DNA from: Actinomycetes bacterium
GTDB lineage: Bacteria > Actinomycetota > Acidimicrobiia > Acidimicrobiales > Acidimicrobilacustridaceae
Direction: 5' to 3'
Assembly (NCBI GenBank): GCA_029782145.1
Contig: JAKOVH010000026.1
Coordinates: 491,389 to 555,388 of the forward strand
DNA: 64,000 nucleotides
The notes beneath the pieces were generated by a model. That model was not told where the DNA came from. It did no database searches and saw only the letters and a program-made list of their open reading frames with translations. The translations under genes and the position numbers were made by a program. This document shows, piece after piece, positions 1 to 9,522 of this stretch; position 1 is the stretch's first letter; each line of letters opens with the position of its first letter.

Positions 1-1410
1 GAGCTCGTCAAGGAGGTCGCCAAGAAGACTGACGACGTCGCGGGTGACGGCACCACCACCGCCACCGTGCTCGCCTGGTCGATGGTGCGCGAGGGCCTGC
101 GCAACGTGGCCGCCGGCGCCAACCCGATGTCGCTCAAGAAGGGCATCGAGAGCGCCGTCGTCGCCGCCGTCGAGGGCATCCGCGACGTCGCCGCCGACGT
201 GGAGGACAAGAGCCAGATCGCCCAGGTGGCCGGCATCTCCGCCGCCGACCCCGAGATCGGCGCCATGATCGCCGAGGCCATCGACAAGGTGGGCAAGGAC
301 GGCGTCATCACCGTCGAGGAGTCCAACACCTTCGGCATGGAGATGGACCTCGTCGAGGGCATGCGCTTCGACAAGGGCTACATCTCGCCGTACTTCGTGA
401 CCGACGCCGAGCGCATGGAAGCCTCGCTCGACAACCCCTACATCCTGCTCGTCGGCTCCAAGATCACCGCCGTGCGCGACCTCGTGCCGGTGCTCGAGAA
501 GGTCATGCAGTCGGGCAAGCCGCTCGTGATCGTCGCCGAGGACGTCGAGGGCGAGGCGCTCGCCACCCTCGTGGTCAACAAGATCCGCGGCACCTTCAAC
601 TCCGTCGCCGTCAAGGCCCCCGGCTTCGGCGACCGCCGCAAGGCGATGCTGCAGGACATGGCCATCCTCACCGGCGGCCAGGTGATCACCGAGGACGTCG
701 GCCTGAAGCTCGAGAACGCGACCCTCGACCTGCTCGGCCAGGCCCGCAAGGTGGTCGTCACCAAGGACGAGACCACCATCGTCGAGGGCACCGGCGCCGA
801 GGCCGACATCCAGGGCCGCATCGCCCAGATCAAGGCCGAGATCGACAAGACCGACTCCGACTACGACCGCGAGAAGCTCCAGGAGCGCTTGGCCAAGCTC
901 TCCGGCGGTGTCGCGGTGCTGAAGGTCGGCGCGGCCACCGAGGTCGAGCTCAAGGAGAAGAAGCACCGCATCGAGGACGCGGTCAGCACCACCAAGGCCG
1001 CCATCGAGGAGGGTGTGGTCGCCGGCGGCGGCGTCACCCTGCTGCGGGCCCAGGCCCGGGTGATCGACGCCGCCAAGGACCTCGGCCACGACGAGGCCGT
1101 GGGCGCCCGCATCGTGGCTCACGCCCTCGAGGAGCCGATCAAGCAGATCGCCACCAACGCCGGCCTCGAGGGCGGTGTCGTGGTCGAGCGGGTCCGTCAT
1201 CTCGACACCCCGAGCGAGGGCCTCAACGCCGCCACCGGGGAGTACGAGGACCTGGTCAAGGCCGGCATCATCGACGCCGCCAAGGTCACCCGCTCGGCGC
1301 TGCAGAACGCGGCGTCCATCGCGGCGCTGTTCCTCACCACCGAGGCGGTCATCGCCGACAAGCCCGAGCAGTCGGCGCCGGCGATGCCGGGAGGCATGGA
1401 GGACTTCTGA
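1..1410 (+). CDS. groEL: Chaperonin GroEL (60 kDa), 5'-truncated by window edge
   Basis: Frame continues from base 1. Translation has GroEL hallmarks ([31 protein letters not shown]-terminal [10 protein letters not shown]-type tail) and ends at TGA 1408-1410. Confidence 0.95.
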   Translation, partial: ELVKEVAKKTDDVAGDGTTTATVLAWSMVREGLRNVAAGANPMSLKKGIESAVVAAVEGIRDVAADVEDKSQIAQVAGISAADPEIGAMIAEAIDKVGKDGVITVEESNTFGMEMDLVEGMRFDKGYISPYFVTDAERMEASLDNPYILLVGSKITAVRDLVPVLEKVMQSGKPLVIVAEDVEGEALATLVVNKIRGTFNSVAVKAPGFGDRRKAMLQDMAILTGGQVITEDVGLKLENATLDLLGQARKVVVTKDETTIVEGTGAEADIQGRIAQIKAEIDKTDSDYDREKLQERLAKLSGGVAVLKVGAATEVELKEKKHRIEDAVSTTKAAIEEGVVAGGGVTLLRAQARVIDAAKDLGHDEAVGARIVAHALEEPIKQIATNAGLEGGVVVERVRHLDTPSEGLNAATGEYEDLVKAGIIDAAKVTRSALQNAASIAALFLTTEAVIADKPEQSAPAMPGGMEDF

Positions 1411-1436
1411 GCTTCCCGTCCGGCCAGAGCAGTCAG

Positions 1437-1467
1437 CGAAGGGGCGCCCCACGGGGCGCCCCTTCCC
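1437..1467. terminator. Perfect GC-rich stem-loop between convergent groEL and the nitrobindin-like gene
   Basis: cgAAGGGGCGCCCC-acg-GGGGCGCCCCTTc inverted repeat directly after the groEL stop. No U-tract, as is usual in high-GC actinobacteria. Confidence 0.6.
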
Positions 1468-1536
1468 GCGTCCGGCCGGACCCGCTTCTCGCCGGCGGAA
1501 CGCACGCTCTGGCGTGCCGCTCGCGGGCAGGTTCGG

Positions 1537-2031
1537 TCAGCCGGTGACCCTGCGCAGGTCGCTGTGGAGGTGATGCGCCATGTCCTCGCCGACCGCCGCC
1601 ATGGCGAAGTCGACCACCAGCAGCTCGCCGTCGAGGCGCACCCGGCGTTCGGTGGCGTCGACCCGCTTGGCCGTCGGCGTGAGCCCGACGAGGCTGCTGG
1701 CGAGGGCGATGTCGCCGTCGACCACCGTGCCGGTGTGCACCTCGACGACACCCGTCGGCATCGACAGCACCAGCTCGACCACGTGCCCGTGCCTATCGGC
1801 GGCCAGCCCCGGGACCCGCAGGTAGCCCGTCTCGACGTGCATGCCGGTGCCGTCGGGGCCCCACGTGCGCTGCTGGTAGGTGAGGAACGGCTTGCCGACG
1901 TGCCCGAACGTGAGGTGCTCGGTGTAGGTGAAGGGCTCGATGGTGGGGTAGTGCCCCTCGCCGGGCCCTTCCCACTCGCCGAGCAGGAACGCCAACGGCT
2001 CGACGGACGGGTGCAGGGGAGGCGCGGCCAT
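1537..2031 (-). CDS. Nitrobindin/THAP4-like haem-binding beta-barrel protein (DUF1794, FABP-like)
   Basis: Contains the motif LAFLLGEWEGPGEGHYPTIEPFTYTEHLTF typical of the UPF0678/nitrobindin family. The ORF extends to 2091, but the family N-terminus (MAAPPLHP) matches the internal ATG at 2031. Confidence 0.7.
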   Translation of the reverse strand: MAAPPLHPSVEPLAFLLGEWEGPGEGHYPTIEPFTYTEHLTFGHVGKPFLTYQQRTWGPDGTGMHVETGYLRVPGLAADRHGHVVELVLSMPTGVVEVHTGTVVDGDIALASSLVGLTPTAKRVDATERRVRLDGELLVVDFAMAAVGEDMAHHLHSDLRRVTG

Positions 2032-2084
2032 GGCGCCGACCGTAGCCAGCCCTGGGCGGGCGGTCGCCTCGGTAGCGTGACCGC

Positions 2085-2879
2085 ATGTCACGGGGTCGCA
2101 GCGAGCGGGTGCTGGCCCGGCGGTTCAGCGCCGGGGGCGTCGCAGACGAGGGGCGCCGGCCCGACGAGGTCGTGGTCGAGGAGCCGCTCGAGATCCGCCT
2201 CGACGGCCACCTGGTGGCCACCACCATGCGCACCCCCGGCCACGACTTCGAGCTGGCGGTGGGCCTCTGCCACGGCGACGGCCTGCTGCACGGCGCGCCG
2301 GTGCTCACCTGCCGCTACTGCGGCACCGGTCCGGCGGCCGAGACCGAGTTCAACGTGGTGAGCGTCGACACCGGTGGGCGGGCGCCCGAGCCGTCGCCCC
2401 GGCTGGCCACCACGTCATCGTCGTGCGGGATCTGCGGCAGCACCCAGCTCGACGACCTGCTGGTGCGGCTCGACCCGCTGCCGGTCCACGAGCCGTGGCC
2501 GGCCGGCACCCTGTTCGGGGTCACCGAGCGGGTGCACGACCACCAGGAGCTCTTCGCTCGCACGGGCGCGGCCCACGCCGCTGCGGCGTTCGACCGCCGT
2601 GGCCGCATCGAGGTGGTCCGCGAGGACATCGGCCGCCACAACGCCGTCGACAAGGTCGTCGGCCGGCTCCTGCTCGACGAGCGCCTGCCGGCACACGGGC
2701 GCGGCCTGTTCGTGAGCGGGCGGGCGTCGTTCGAGATGGTGCAGAAGGCCTGGGCGGCGGGGTTCGAGGCCCTCGTCGCCGTCTCGGCTCCCTCGGCGCT
2801 CGCCGTGCGCACCGCCACCGCCGCGGGCCTCACGCTGGCGGGCTTCGTGCGAGACGGCGCGTTCAACGTCTACACCTGA
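2085..2879 (+). CDS. fdhD: Formate dehydrogenase accessory sulfurtransferase FdhD
   Basis: GRHNAVDK motif, conserved Cys pair (SSSCGICGS), length 264 aa. Confidence 0.85.
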   Translation: MSRGRSERVLARRFSAGGVADEGRRPDEVVVEEPLEIRLDGHLVATTMRTPGHDFELAVGLCHGDGLLHGAPVLTCRYCGTGPAAETEFNVVSVDTGGRAPEPSPRLATTSSSCGICGSTQLDDLLVRLDPLPVHEPWPAGTLFGVTERVHDHQELFARTGAAHAAAAFDRRGRIEVVREDIGRHNAVDKVVGRLLLDERLPAHGRGLFVSGRASFEMVQKAWAAGFEALVAVSAPSALAVRTATAAGLTLAGFVRDGAFNVYT

Positions 2880-2996
2880 CGAGCCGCTCGACCGGTGCAC
2901 GGGAGGTCGGGCGCGGCCGACCCCTCGCGTCGACGTGCCGGACGCTGGGCAGAGGGTCCCCGATCGCCGGTCGAGCGCCTCCTAGCGTTCACAGGC

Positions 2997-4160
2997 GTGA
3001 GTCGGCGGCGTTCGGGCGTCCTCGTCGGGATGGCCGCCGCCCTCCTCGGGGTGGTGGCGATGCTGGGCCTGGTGCCGCCGCGCCCCGGCGTCGGGGTGGC
3101 GCTCGGCGCGCCCGCGGCGGCGGCCTCGTCGACCACCTACGCCGGCACCTCCCCGGTGGCGACGACGACCACCACGCCCGCCACGACCGCGACGGTGCGG
3201 GGGCCGCGGGGCTCCGGGCAGTCGGTCACCATCGCCTTCGCCGGCGACTCGCACTTCGAGGCCCAACTGCGCGCACGGCTGCAGCACGAGGGCACGGCGA
3301 TGCTCGACCCGCTGGCGCCGCTCTGGGCCGACGCCGACGTCACGGTGGTGAACCTCGAGACCTCGATCACCGAGCGGGGGGCGCCACAACCGAAGGAGTG
3401 GACGTTCCGCGCCCCTCCCGAGGCCCTCGACGCCCTGGCCGGGGCGGGTGTCGACGCCGTCTCCATGGCCAACAACCACGGGCTCGACTACGGCCCGGAA
3501 GGGCTCCAGGACTCGCTGGCCGCACGGGCCGCCGCCCCGCTGTCGGTGATCGGGATCGGTCGCGACGCCGCCGACGCCTACACGCCGTACCGGACGACGG
3601 TGAGAGGTCAGCGGATCACCGTGATCGCCGCCACCCAGGTGCTCGACGAGGAGCTCATCGGCTCGTGGACGGCGCTCGACGCCGTGGCCGGTGGGCGGTC
3701 GGGGAACCCCGGGCTGGCCTCGGCCAAGGACGTCGACCGCCTCACCCGAGAGGTCGCCCGGGCGCGGGCCGAGTCCGACACGGTGGTGGTGTTCCTCCAC
3801 TGGGGCCAGGAGCGCGAGCAGTGCCCGACCGCCCGCCAGCGCGACCTGGCCTCCGCGCTCGTCGCCGCCGGCGCCGACATCGTGGTGGGCAGCCACGCCC
3901 ACCGCCTCCTCGGCGCCGGGCGCATGGGCGAGGCCTTCGTGGGCTACGGGCTCGGCAACTTCATCTGGTTCAACGGGTCCGGCGCCAACGGTGACACCGG
4001 TGCGCTGCTCGTCACCGCCACCGGCCGCCACATCGACGGCTACGAGTGGCGGCCCGCTCGCGTCGGCGACGGTGTGCCCACGCCGCTCGAGGGCGAGGCG
4101 GCGACCCGGGCCCGGGCCAGCTGGGAGCAGCTGCGGGCCTGCACCGGCCTCACCCCGTGA
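2997..4160 (+). CDS. CapA/PGA_cap family metallophosphatase (poly-gamma-glutamate capsule synthesis-like), membrane-anchored
   Basis: N-terminal TM segment (VLVGMAAALLGVVAMLGLV), Ala/Thr-rich linker, then the CapA domain (GDSHFEAQ, NLETSIT, ANNHGLDYG). Start is uncertain: the ORF opens at GTG 2895; GTG 2997 or ATG 3030 fit a signal-anchor better. Confidence 0.7.
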   Translation: MSRRRSGVLVGMAAALLGVVAMLGLVPPRPGVGVALGAPAAAASSTTYAGTSPVATTTTTPATTATVRGPRGSGQSVTIAFAGDSHFEAQLRARLQHEGTAMLDPLAPLWADADVTVVNLETSITERGAPQPKEWTFRAPPEALDALAGAGVDAVSMANNHGLDYGPEGLQDSLAARAAAPLSVIGIGRDAADAYTPYRTTVRGQRITVIAATQVLDEELIGSWTALDAVAGGRSGNPGLASAKDVDRLTREVARARAESDTVVVFLHWGQEREQCPTARQRDLASALVAAGADIVVGSHAHRLLGAGRMGEAFVGYGLGNFIWFNGSGANGDTGALLVTATGRHIDGYEWRPARVGDGVPTPLEGEAATRARASWEQLRACTGLTP

Positions 4161-4275
4161 GCCCCGGGCCGCGACGACGCCCTACCCAGCTCCCGGCCGG
4201 CGGGGCGGGGGGCGTCGGCAGGCATGGGTGCGCTGGATCTGACCACCCGGCCGCGACCGTGCGAGAGTCCCTCGG

Positions 4276-6492
4276 ATGAAGCGTTGGCACCCGGAGCTGT
4301 GGGTCAGCCTGCGGCCCAACGGCATCGGTCTCCAGAAGCCCAACCACTTCGGCGACATGGCCAGGATCGCCTGGGCGAACCGGGGCCACGCCGGCTACGC
4401 GTGGAAGCTGCTCACCGAGGGGGTGTGCGACGGCTGCGCCCTCGGCGTCGCCGGCCTGCACGACTGGACCATCGACGGCACGCACCTGTGCCTCACCCGG
4501 CTGCGCCTGCTCGAGGTCAACTGCGCCGACCCCCTCGACCACGACCGGCTCGGCGACGTCGAGGCGCTGCGTCGACTCGACGGCAAGGAGCTGCGTGACC
4601 TCGGGCGGCTCGCCCACCCGATGAGGCGCCGGCGGGGCGAGAAGGGCTTCGCTCGCATCAGCTGGGAGGAGGCGCTGAGCGCCCTGGCCGCCGGGCTCCG
4701 CTCGAGCGACCCGGAGCGGGTGGCGATGTTCCTCACCAGCCGGGGCATCACCAACGAGACCTACTACGTCGCCGGCAAGGCGGCCCGCGCCCTGGGCATC
4801 GCCAACGTCGACTCGGCCGCCCGCATCTGCCACGCACCGTCGACCACCGCCCTGAAGGCCACCGTCGGGGTGGCGGCCACCACGTGCTCGCTGTCCGACG
4901 TGTTGACCACCGACCTGGTGGTGATCTGGGGAGCAAACCCGGCCAACAACCAGCCGGTGTTCATGAAGTACCTCTACAAGGCCCGCTCCCGCGGCACCCG
5001 GGTGGTCGTCGTCAACCCGTACCTCGAGCCCGGCCTGGAGCGGTACTGGGTGCCTTCGAACACCGAGTCGGCGCTGTTCGGCACCAAGATGTGCGACCTC
5101 CACGTGCCGGTGCGCCCCGGTGGCGACGTGGCCCTGGCCGACGCCGCGCTCAAGCGGATGATCGAACGGGGCGACGTCGACGACGCGTTCGTGGCCGAGC
5201 ACACCGAGGGGTGGGACGAGCTCGTCGCCCACCTCGCCGGCCTCTCGATGGACGAGCTGCTCGCCGAGGCCGGGCTGACCGCAGCCCAGCTGGAGGCGTT
5301 CGTCGACCAGTACGCCCGGGCGGGCTCGGCGATCCTGCTGTGGTCGATGGGGATCACCCAGCACCGCCACGCCGGCGAGGGGGTGCGCGGCATCGTGAAC
5401 CTCGCCCTGGCCCGGGGCAACGTGGGCCGCGACGGCGCCGGGCTCATGCCCCTCCGGGGGCACTCGGGCGTGCAGGGCGGCGCCGAGATGGGTGCCTACG
5501 CCACCGCCCTCCCCGGCGGGCTGGAGCCGAACGAGGAGAACGCGGCAGCCGTCGCCGAGCACTGGGGGTTCCCCGTGCCGGCCCGCAGCGGGCTCACCGC
5601 CGCCGAGATGCCCGAGGCGGCCGAGCGGGGCGAGCTCGACCTGCTGTGGATGTCGGGCGGCAACTTCCTCGACGTCCTGCCCGATCCGCCTCGCGTGGAG
5701 GCGGCACTCGGCCGAGTGCCCCTGCGGGTGCACCAGGACATCGTGGTCAGCTCCCAGATGCTGGTCGACGGCGACGACGTGATCCTGCTGCCGGTGCGCA
5801 CCCGCTACGAGCAGGAGGGGGGCGGCACCGAGACCACCACCGAGCGGCGGGTGGTGTTCTCCCCGGAGATCCCCCGCCAGGTCGGCGAGGCCCGCAGCGA
5901 GTGGCGGCTCTTCGCCGAGGTGGCGGCCCGGGTGCGGCCCGACCTCGTCGAGCACTTCGCCTGGCGCGACAACCAGGCGCTGCGGGCCGAGATCGCCCGC
6001 GTCGTTCCCGCCTACGCCGGCATCGAGGCGCTGGCGACCACCGGCGACCAGGTGCAGTGGGGCGGACCGCACCTGGCGCAGGGCGGCGTGTTCCCGACCG
6101 AGTCGGGTCGGGGACGGTTCACGATCCCGGCGCGCCCGCAGCTCGACCTGCCCCCCGGCTCGTTCACCGTGGCGACCCGACGGGGCAAGCAGTTCAACTC
6201 GATGGTGTTCGGCCAGCACGACCCGGTGACCGGCGCCGACCGCCACGACGTGTTCATCGACGAGGCCGACGCCGGTGAGCTCGGCCTCGTCGAGGGCGCC
6301 CTGGTCACGTTGCGCTCCGAGACGGGCAGCCTCACCGGCCGGCTGCGCTTCGCCCGCCTGCCCCGCCGTTCGCTCCAGGTCCACTGGCCGGAGGGCAACG
6401 TGCTGATCCCCGCCGGCCCCGAGCACCGTGAGGGCACCTCCCGGGTGCCCGACTACAACGCCGTCGTCACCCTCACCCGCGCCGACCCCTGA
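4276..6492 (+). CDS. FdhF/YdeP-family molybdopterin (MopB) oxidoreductase
   Basis: N-terminal section (KPNHFGDMARIAWANR, CDGCALG), central MopB body and C-terminal dinucleotide-binding section. Adjacent to fdhD. Confidence 0.85.
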   Translation: MKRWHPELWVSLRPNGIGLQKPNHFGDMARIAWANRGHAGYAWKLLTEGVCDGCALGVAGLHDWTIDGTHLCLTRLRLLEVNCADPLDHDRLGDVEALRRLDGKELRDLGRLAHPMRRRRGEKGFARISWEEALSALAAGLRSSDPERVAMFLTSRGITNETYYVAGKAARALGIANVDSAARICHAPSTTALKATVGVAATTCSLSDVLTTDLVVIWGANPANNQPVFMKYLYKARSRGTRVVVVNPYLEPGLERYWVPSNTESALFGTKMCDLHVPVRPGGDVALADAALKRMIERGDVDDAFVAEHTEGWDELVAHLAGLSMDELLAEAGLTAAQLEAFVDQYARAGSAILLWSMGITQHRHAGEGVRGIVNLALARGNVGRDGAGLMPLRGHSGVQGGAEMGAYATALPGGLEPNEENAAAVAEHWGFPVPARSGLTAAEMPEAAERGELDLLWMSGGNFLDVLPDPPRVEAALGRVPLRVHQDIVVSSQMLVDGDDVILLPVRTRYEQEGGGTETTTERRVVFSPEIPRQVGEARSEWRLFAEVAARVRPDLVEHFAWRDNQALRAEIARVVPAYAGIEALATTGDQVQWGGPHLAQGGVFPTESGRGRFTIPARPQLDLPPGSFTVATRRGKQFNSMVFGQHDPVTGADRHDVFIDEADAGELGLVEGALVTLRSETGSLTGRLRFARLPRRSLQVHWPEGNVLIPAGPEHREGTSRVPDYNAVVTLTRADP

Positions 6493-6501
6493 CCCTGCCC
6501 C

Positions 6502-6614
6502 CCAGCTGGTTCTGGACGTTCCGGGAAGCGGAACGTTCGGAACCAGCTTGGCTGGCCCACCCCCAAGGTGGTTCCCAACGTTCCGGAAGGCGGAACGTTG
6601 GGAACCAGCTTGCC
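6502..6614. repeat. Two tandem copies of a roughly 50-bp REP-like palindrome (family A: GGTTC..AACGTTCCGG..CGGAACGTT..GAACC)
   Basis: Copy 1 is 6502-6551 and copy 2 is 6563-6614. Each is an imperfect hairpin with about 22-nt arms, placed between the YdeP stop (6492) and the HemQ start. A third copy is at 63728-63770. Confidence 0.8.
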
Positions 6615-6690
6615 GGGGTTGGGCGGCGGGGGGTCGGGTGGCGGCGGGGGGGTGGGGAGGCGGTGGACGGGTGGTCGTAGACTCGACGGC

Positions 6691-7374
6691 GTGATCGACG
6701 CCGTCTCCCCCAGCGTCGGCCTCGGCGTGGTGCACCTGTTCTGCAAGGTGACGCCCCTCGCCGACGCCGAGGCCATCGCCGCCGCGGTGCAGAAGGCCCA
6801 GGCCGACGGCGACCAGGTGGTCACCGTCGCCGTGCTCGGCCACAAGGCCGACCTGGCCTTCATGGCGCTCGGCCCGGACCTGTGGCGCCTCCGCCGCTTC
6901 CAGGCGGCGGTCCAGGCGGCCGGCCTCGACGTGGCCGACTCCTACGTGTCGCTCACCGAGGTGTCCGAGTACGCCCAGGGCGTGCCCGAGCAGATGAAGC
7001 AGGCACGGCTCTACCCGCAGCTGCCACCGGAGGGGAAGCCGGCCTGGTGCTTCTACCCCATGTCGAAGCAGCGGGGCGACGTGCACAACTGGTTCACCCT
7101 GCCCTACGACGACCGCAAGGAGCTCATGTACGAGCACGGCGCATCGGGTCGGAACTTCGCTGGTCGGGTGCTGCAGGTCGTGACCGGATCGACCGGGCTC
7201 GACGACCACGAGTGGGGCGTCACCCTCTTCGCCACCGCGCCCGACGACCTCAAGGAGGTCGTGTACACCATGCGCTTCGACCGGGCGTCGGCCCTCTACG
7301 CCGAGTTCGGGCCCTTCTACGTCGGGATGATCGCTCCCGTCGCCGAGGTCCTCGAGCAGCTCGGCGTCGAGTGA
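6691..7374 (+). CDS. hemQ: Chlorite dismutase-family coproheme decarboxylase (HemQ/ChdC)
   Basis: Cld-like fold signature (WFTLPYDDRKELMYEHG, RNFAGRV). GTG 6691 lies downstream of the repeats; the ORF in the table opens earlier at 6568, inside the palindromes. Confidence 0.7.
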   Translation: MIDAVSPSVGLGVVHLFCKVTPLADAEAIAAAVQKAQADGDQVVTVAVLGHKADLAFMALGPDLWRLRRFQAAVQAAGLDVADSYVSLTEVSEYAQGVPEQMKQARLYPQLPPEGKPAWCFYPMSKQRGDVHNWFTLPYDDRKELMYEHGASGRNFAGRVLQVVTGSTGLDDHEWGVTLFATAPDDLKEVVYTMRFDRASALYAEFGPFYVGMIAPVAEVLEQLGVE

Positions 7375-7387
7375 GGGGCACGACCCG

Positions 7388-8230
7388 GTGACCCTGTCGC
7401 CGCCATCGACCCTCCCCGCTGAGATCGACGGGCTCGACGCCGCCCTCGACGCGCTCGGTGCCGAGCTGCGCCGCCTCGGCCGGGTGGTCGTGGCCTTCAG
7501 CGGCGGCGCCGACTCCGCCTTCCTGGCCCACGTCGCCCACCGCACCCTCGGGCCCGACGCCTGCCTGGTGGCCACCGCCGTCTCGCCCTCGTTGGCCGCC
7601 GACGAGCGGGCCGACTGCGCAGCGCTGGCGGCCGAGTGGCAGCTGCGGTGGGTCGAGGTCGAGACGTCGGAGCTCGACGACGCCGCCTACCGCGCCAACG
7701 ACGCCGATCGGTGCTTCCACTGCAAGTCGGCGCTGATGGGGGTGTTGAGCCCGATCGCCGAGGCCGCAGCGGCCACGGTCGTGCTGGGTGTGAACCTCGA
7801 CGACCTCGGCGACCACCGCCCCGGGCAGCGGGCCGCGGCCGACGCCGGGGCGGCCTTCCCGCTGGTCGCCGCCGGCTTCAACAAGGCCATGGTGCGCGAG
7901 GCGTCGCGGCAGATGGGGCTGCGGACCTGGGACAAGCCCGCTGCCGCCTGCCTCGCCTCCCGGGTCCCCTACGGCACCGCGGTGACCGTCACCGTGCTGT
8001 CGCGGGTCGAGCGGGCCGAGGCCGAGCTGCGGCGGCTGGGGTTCCGGGCCCTGCGCGTCCGCCACTACGGCGACACCGCCCGCCTCGAGGTGCCGCCCCA
8101 CGACCTGGCCGCGGTCGTCGAGCAGCGCCTCGACGTGGTGGCTGCGGTGCGAGGCGCCGGCTACCGCTACGTCACGCTCGACCTCGAAGGCCTGCGCTCC
8201 GGCAACCTCAACCAGGCCCTGGCCGACTGA
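7388..8230 (+). CDS. PP-loop ATP pyrophosphatase, LarE-like (TIGR00268) sulfur transferase
   Basis: SGGADS PP-loop motif near the N-terminus and a conserved Cys (CLASRVPYG). 280 aa. GTG start 14 nt after the HemQ stop. Confidence 0.7.
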   Translation: MTLSPPSTLPAEIDGLDAALDALGAELRRLGRVVVAFSGGADSAFLAHVAHRTLGPDACLVATAVSPSLAADERADCAALAAEWQLRWVEVETSELDDAAYRANDADRCFHCKSALMGVLSPIAEAAAATVVLGVNLDDLGDHRPGQRAAADAGAAFPLVAAGFNKAMVREASRQMGLRTWDKPAAACLASRVPYGTAVTVTVLSRVERAEAELRRLGFRALRVRHYGDTARLEVPPHDLAAVVEQRLDVVAAVRGAGYRYVTLDLEGLRSGNLNQALAD

Positions 8231-8354
8231 GCGCCGCGCTGCCGCCCTGCCCGGGTGGTACCTCCGCGCCGGGCCGGCACCGGCGGTTTGGCGCTGCGGC
8301 ACCGACGGCGGTCAAGCTGGCGCCGCGCACCGACGCGACGACGAGGGGAGACCG

Positions 8355-9512
8355 ATGGCGGAGGCGGCCGAGACGACCGGAGCGTTGGCGCACCTGCGGG
8401 TCCTCGACCTGACCCGCCTGTACCCCGGCGCCTTCTGCACGCTGCTGCTCGCCGACCTCGGCGCCGAGGTGGTCAAGCTGGAGGCCCCCGGGTTCGGCGA
8501 CGGCATGCGCAGCGCCGACCTCGGCGACTTTCCCGCCGCCCACCTCGCCCTGAACCGGGGCAAGCGGTCGGTCACGCTGAACCTCAAGCACGAGCAGGGT
8601 CGGGACGTCCTGCGCCGCCTGGTGCGCGACGCCGACGTGGTGGTGGAGTCGCAGCGACCCGGCGCGCTCGACGACATGGGCATCGGCTACGACGAGCTGA
8701 GGGCGGAGAACCCCCGGCTGGTGTGGTGCTCGATCACGGGCTTCGGCTCCACCGGCCCCCGCGCCGCCCTCCCCGGCCACGACATGACCTATCTGGGCGC
8801 GTCGGGCCTGCTCTCCCAGCTGGCGCCGGGTGCCACCCCGCCGCTGCCGGACGTGGTGCTGTCGGTCCCCATGGGGGCGCTCACCGCCGTGGTAGGGATC
8901 CTGGCCGCCGTCGCCCGCCGGGAGCACACCGGTGAGGGCGGTCGGGTCGACGCCGCCATCACCGAGGCCGCTACCTGGGCCATCTCCGATCAGGTCGTGA
9001 GGGCGGCCCACGCCCCGCACCAGAGCTGGGGCGCCTTCGCCGCTCGCAACGTGTACCGCTGCGCCGACGGGCGCTGGGTGACGGTGACCGCCACCGAGCC
9101 CCGTTCGTGGGCAGCGCTGTGCGCGGCGCTCGAGGTGCCCGACCTGGTCGACCACGTCATGACCGTCGACGAGGACGCGGCCATCACCCGCCTCGCCGAG
9201 GTCTTCGCCCGCCGGCCGGCGGCCGACTGGGTGCGGGCGCCCGGCCTGGCCGGCGGTGTCGGCCCCGTGCACGAGCCGGCCGACCTGCTCGACGACGACC
9301 AGGTGCAGGCCCGGCGCGGCGTGGTGCCCCTCGACGGCGACGGGCCGGCGATGGTCGCCAACCCGGTGCGCCTCGACGGCGCCGACGGCCGCGACGCCTC
9401 GCACGCCCGCACGCCGGCCCCCGACCTCGGCCAGCACACTGACGAGGTCCTGGCGGCGGCCGGCTACTCGAACGACGACATCGCCGCGCTGCGCGACGCC
9501 GGCGCCATCTGA
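8355..9512 (+). CDS. CaiB/BaiF family III CoA-transferase
   Basis: LRVLDLTRLYPGAFCTLLLADLGAEVVKLE N-terminus, family-typical length, GAGGGGAG Shine-Dalgarno sequence upstream. Confidence 0.85.
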   Translation: MAEAAETTGALAHLRVLDLTRLYPGAFCTLLLADLGAEVVKLEAPGFGDGMRSADLGDFPAAHLALNRGKRSVTLNLKHEQGRDVLRRLVRDADVVVESQRPGALDDMGIGYDELRAENPRLVWCSITGFGSTGPRAALPGHDMTYLGASGLLSQLAPGATPPLPDVVLSVPMGALTAVVGILAAVARREHTGEGGRVDAAITEAATWAISDQVVRAAHAPHQSWGAFAARNVYRCADGRWVTVTATEPRSWAALCAALEVPDLVDHVMTVDEDAAITRLAEVFARRPAADWVRAPGLAGGVGPVHEPADLLDDDQVQARRGVVPLDGDGPAMVANPVRLDGADGRDASHARTPAPDLGQHTDEVLAAAGYSNDDIAALRDAGAI

Positions 9513-9522
9513 AGGGAGCGAC

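Noticed and set aside
2423-3994. 523-aa Arg-rich plus-strand ORF overlapping fdhD and the CapA-like gene out of frame
   Set aside because: Extreme Arg/Gly/Pro bias. It is the wrong frame relative to two recognisable genes.
4150-7575. 1141-aa ORF on the minus strand spanning the YdeP and HemQ loci
   Set aside because: It is antisense to two genes with clear family motifs. Its translation is Arg/Gly/Pro-rich low-complexity sequence. Stop codons are rare in every frame at this GC content.
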